A stretch of DNA of 64,000 nucleotides from Macrostomum lignano (lineage: Eukaryota), in the NCBI GenBank assembly GCA_002269645.1, contig NIVC01000100.1, forward strand, positions 930,001 through 994,000, read 5' to 3'. Position 1 is the stretch's first letter. Each line of letters starts with the position of its first letter. Below, one piece after another: positions 63,476 through 64,000 of the stretch. The notes below the pieces were generated by a model. That model was not told the DNA's origin and ran no database searches. It was given only the letters and a program-made list of their open reading frames with translations. The position numbers and the translations under genes are program-made.

Positions 63476-64000
63476 GTCGTCATCACAAACCCGAAACATC
63501 ACAGCTCCGAAAACACTTCCCATTATAAACCCGAAATATCATTACTCCGAAAGATCTCGAACGCCCAATGGTTTTTGTTTTTCGGGTTTGTGATGTTTCG
63601 GGTTTATGATATTTCGGGTTTATGATATTTCGGGTTTATGATATTTCGGGTTTATGATATTTCGGGTTTATGATATTTCGGGTTTATGATATTTCGGTTT
63701 TATGATATTTCGGGTTTATGATATTTCGGTTTTATGATATTTCGGGTTTATGATATTTCGGGTTTATGATATTTCGGGTTTATGATATTTCGGGTTTATG
63801 ATATTTCGGGTTTATGATATTTCGAGTTTATGATATTTCGGGTTTATGATATTTCGGGTTTATGATATTTCGGGTTTATGATATTTCGGGTTTATGATAT
63901 TTCGGGTTTATGATATTTCGGGTTTATGATATTTCGGGTTTATGATATTTCGGGTTTATGATATTTCGGGTTTATGATATTTCGGGTTTATGATATTTCG
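63476..64000 (-). repeat. 16-bp minisatellite ATGATATTTCGGGTTT (reverse complement of the 56866-57590 array), running off the window
   Basis: Direct reading; preceded by a few plus-oriented degenerate units at 63481-63545. Confidence 0.92.

Overview
This is eukaryotic (metazoan) genomic DNA with GT-AG introns, read in the standard code. The pattern of satellite-stuffed introns and polyQ/polyA-rich exons suggests a free-living flatworm such as Macrostomum, but that is an unverified inference. All recognisable host genes are on the + strand, in this order: (1) the 3' ten exons of BIRC6/BRUCE (555-16919, UBC domain with catalytic Cys); (2) a MED29/Intersex-like gene with a long low-complexity tail (18804-20255); (3) a tandemly duplicated HINT gene, with a 3'-diverged copy and a complete copy; (4) an intronless TMEM70/186/223-family-like gene; (5) a 4-exon FPGS; (6) a 6-exon melatonin-receptor-like GPCR (NRY motif); (7) a small signal-peptide ORF interrupted by an early stop. 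About 35 distinct micro/minisatellite arrays fill almost every long intron. Several share cores (GGCGCC; GGGATGGGGATTT; CCGTTGCTAGG; GCCATAGAC) and several show higher-order repeats. Mobile elements: a tRNA-derived SINE with a 15-bp TSD, a hAT deletion derivative with 13-bp TIRs and an 8-bp TSD, a foldback element, and a 5'-truncated RT-RNase H non-LTR retrotransposon (Loa/Lian-like) with a 12-bp TSD plus related fragments. The SINE and this LINE share a 3'-tail motif, suggesting a SINE-LINE partnership. Most long ORFs in the six-frame track are repeat artefacts. No CRISPR, rRNA or true tRNA gene was found. Exon coordinates were derived by hand from splice sites and phase continuity; repeat boundaries are approximate.
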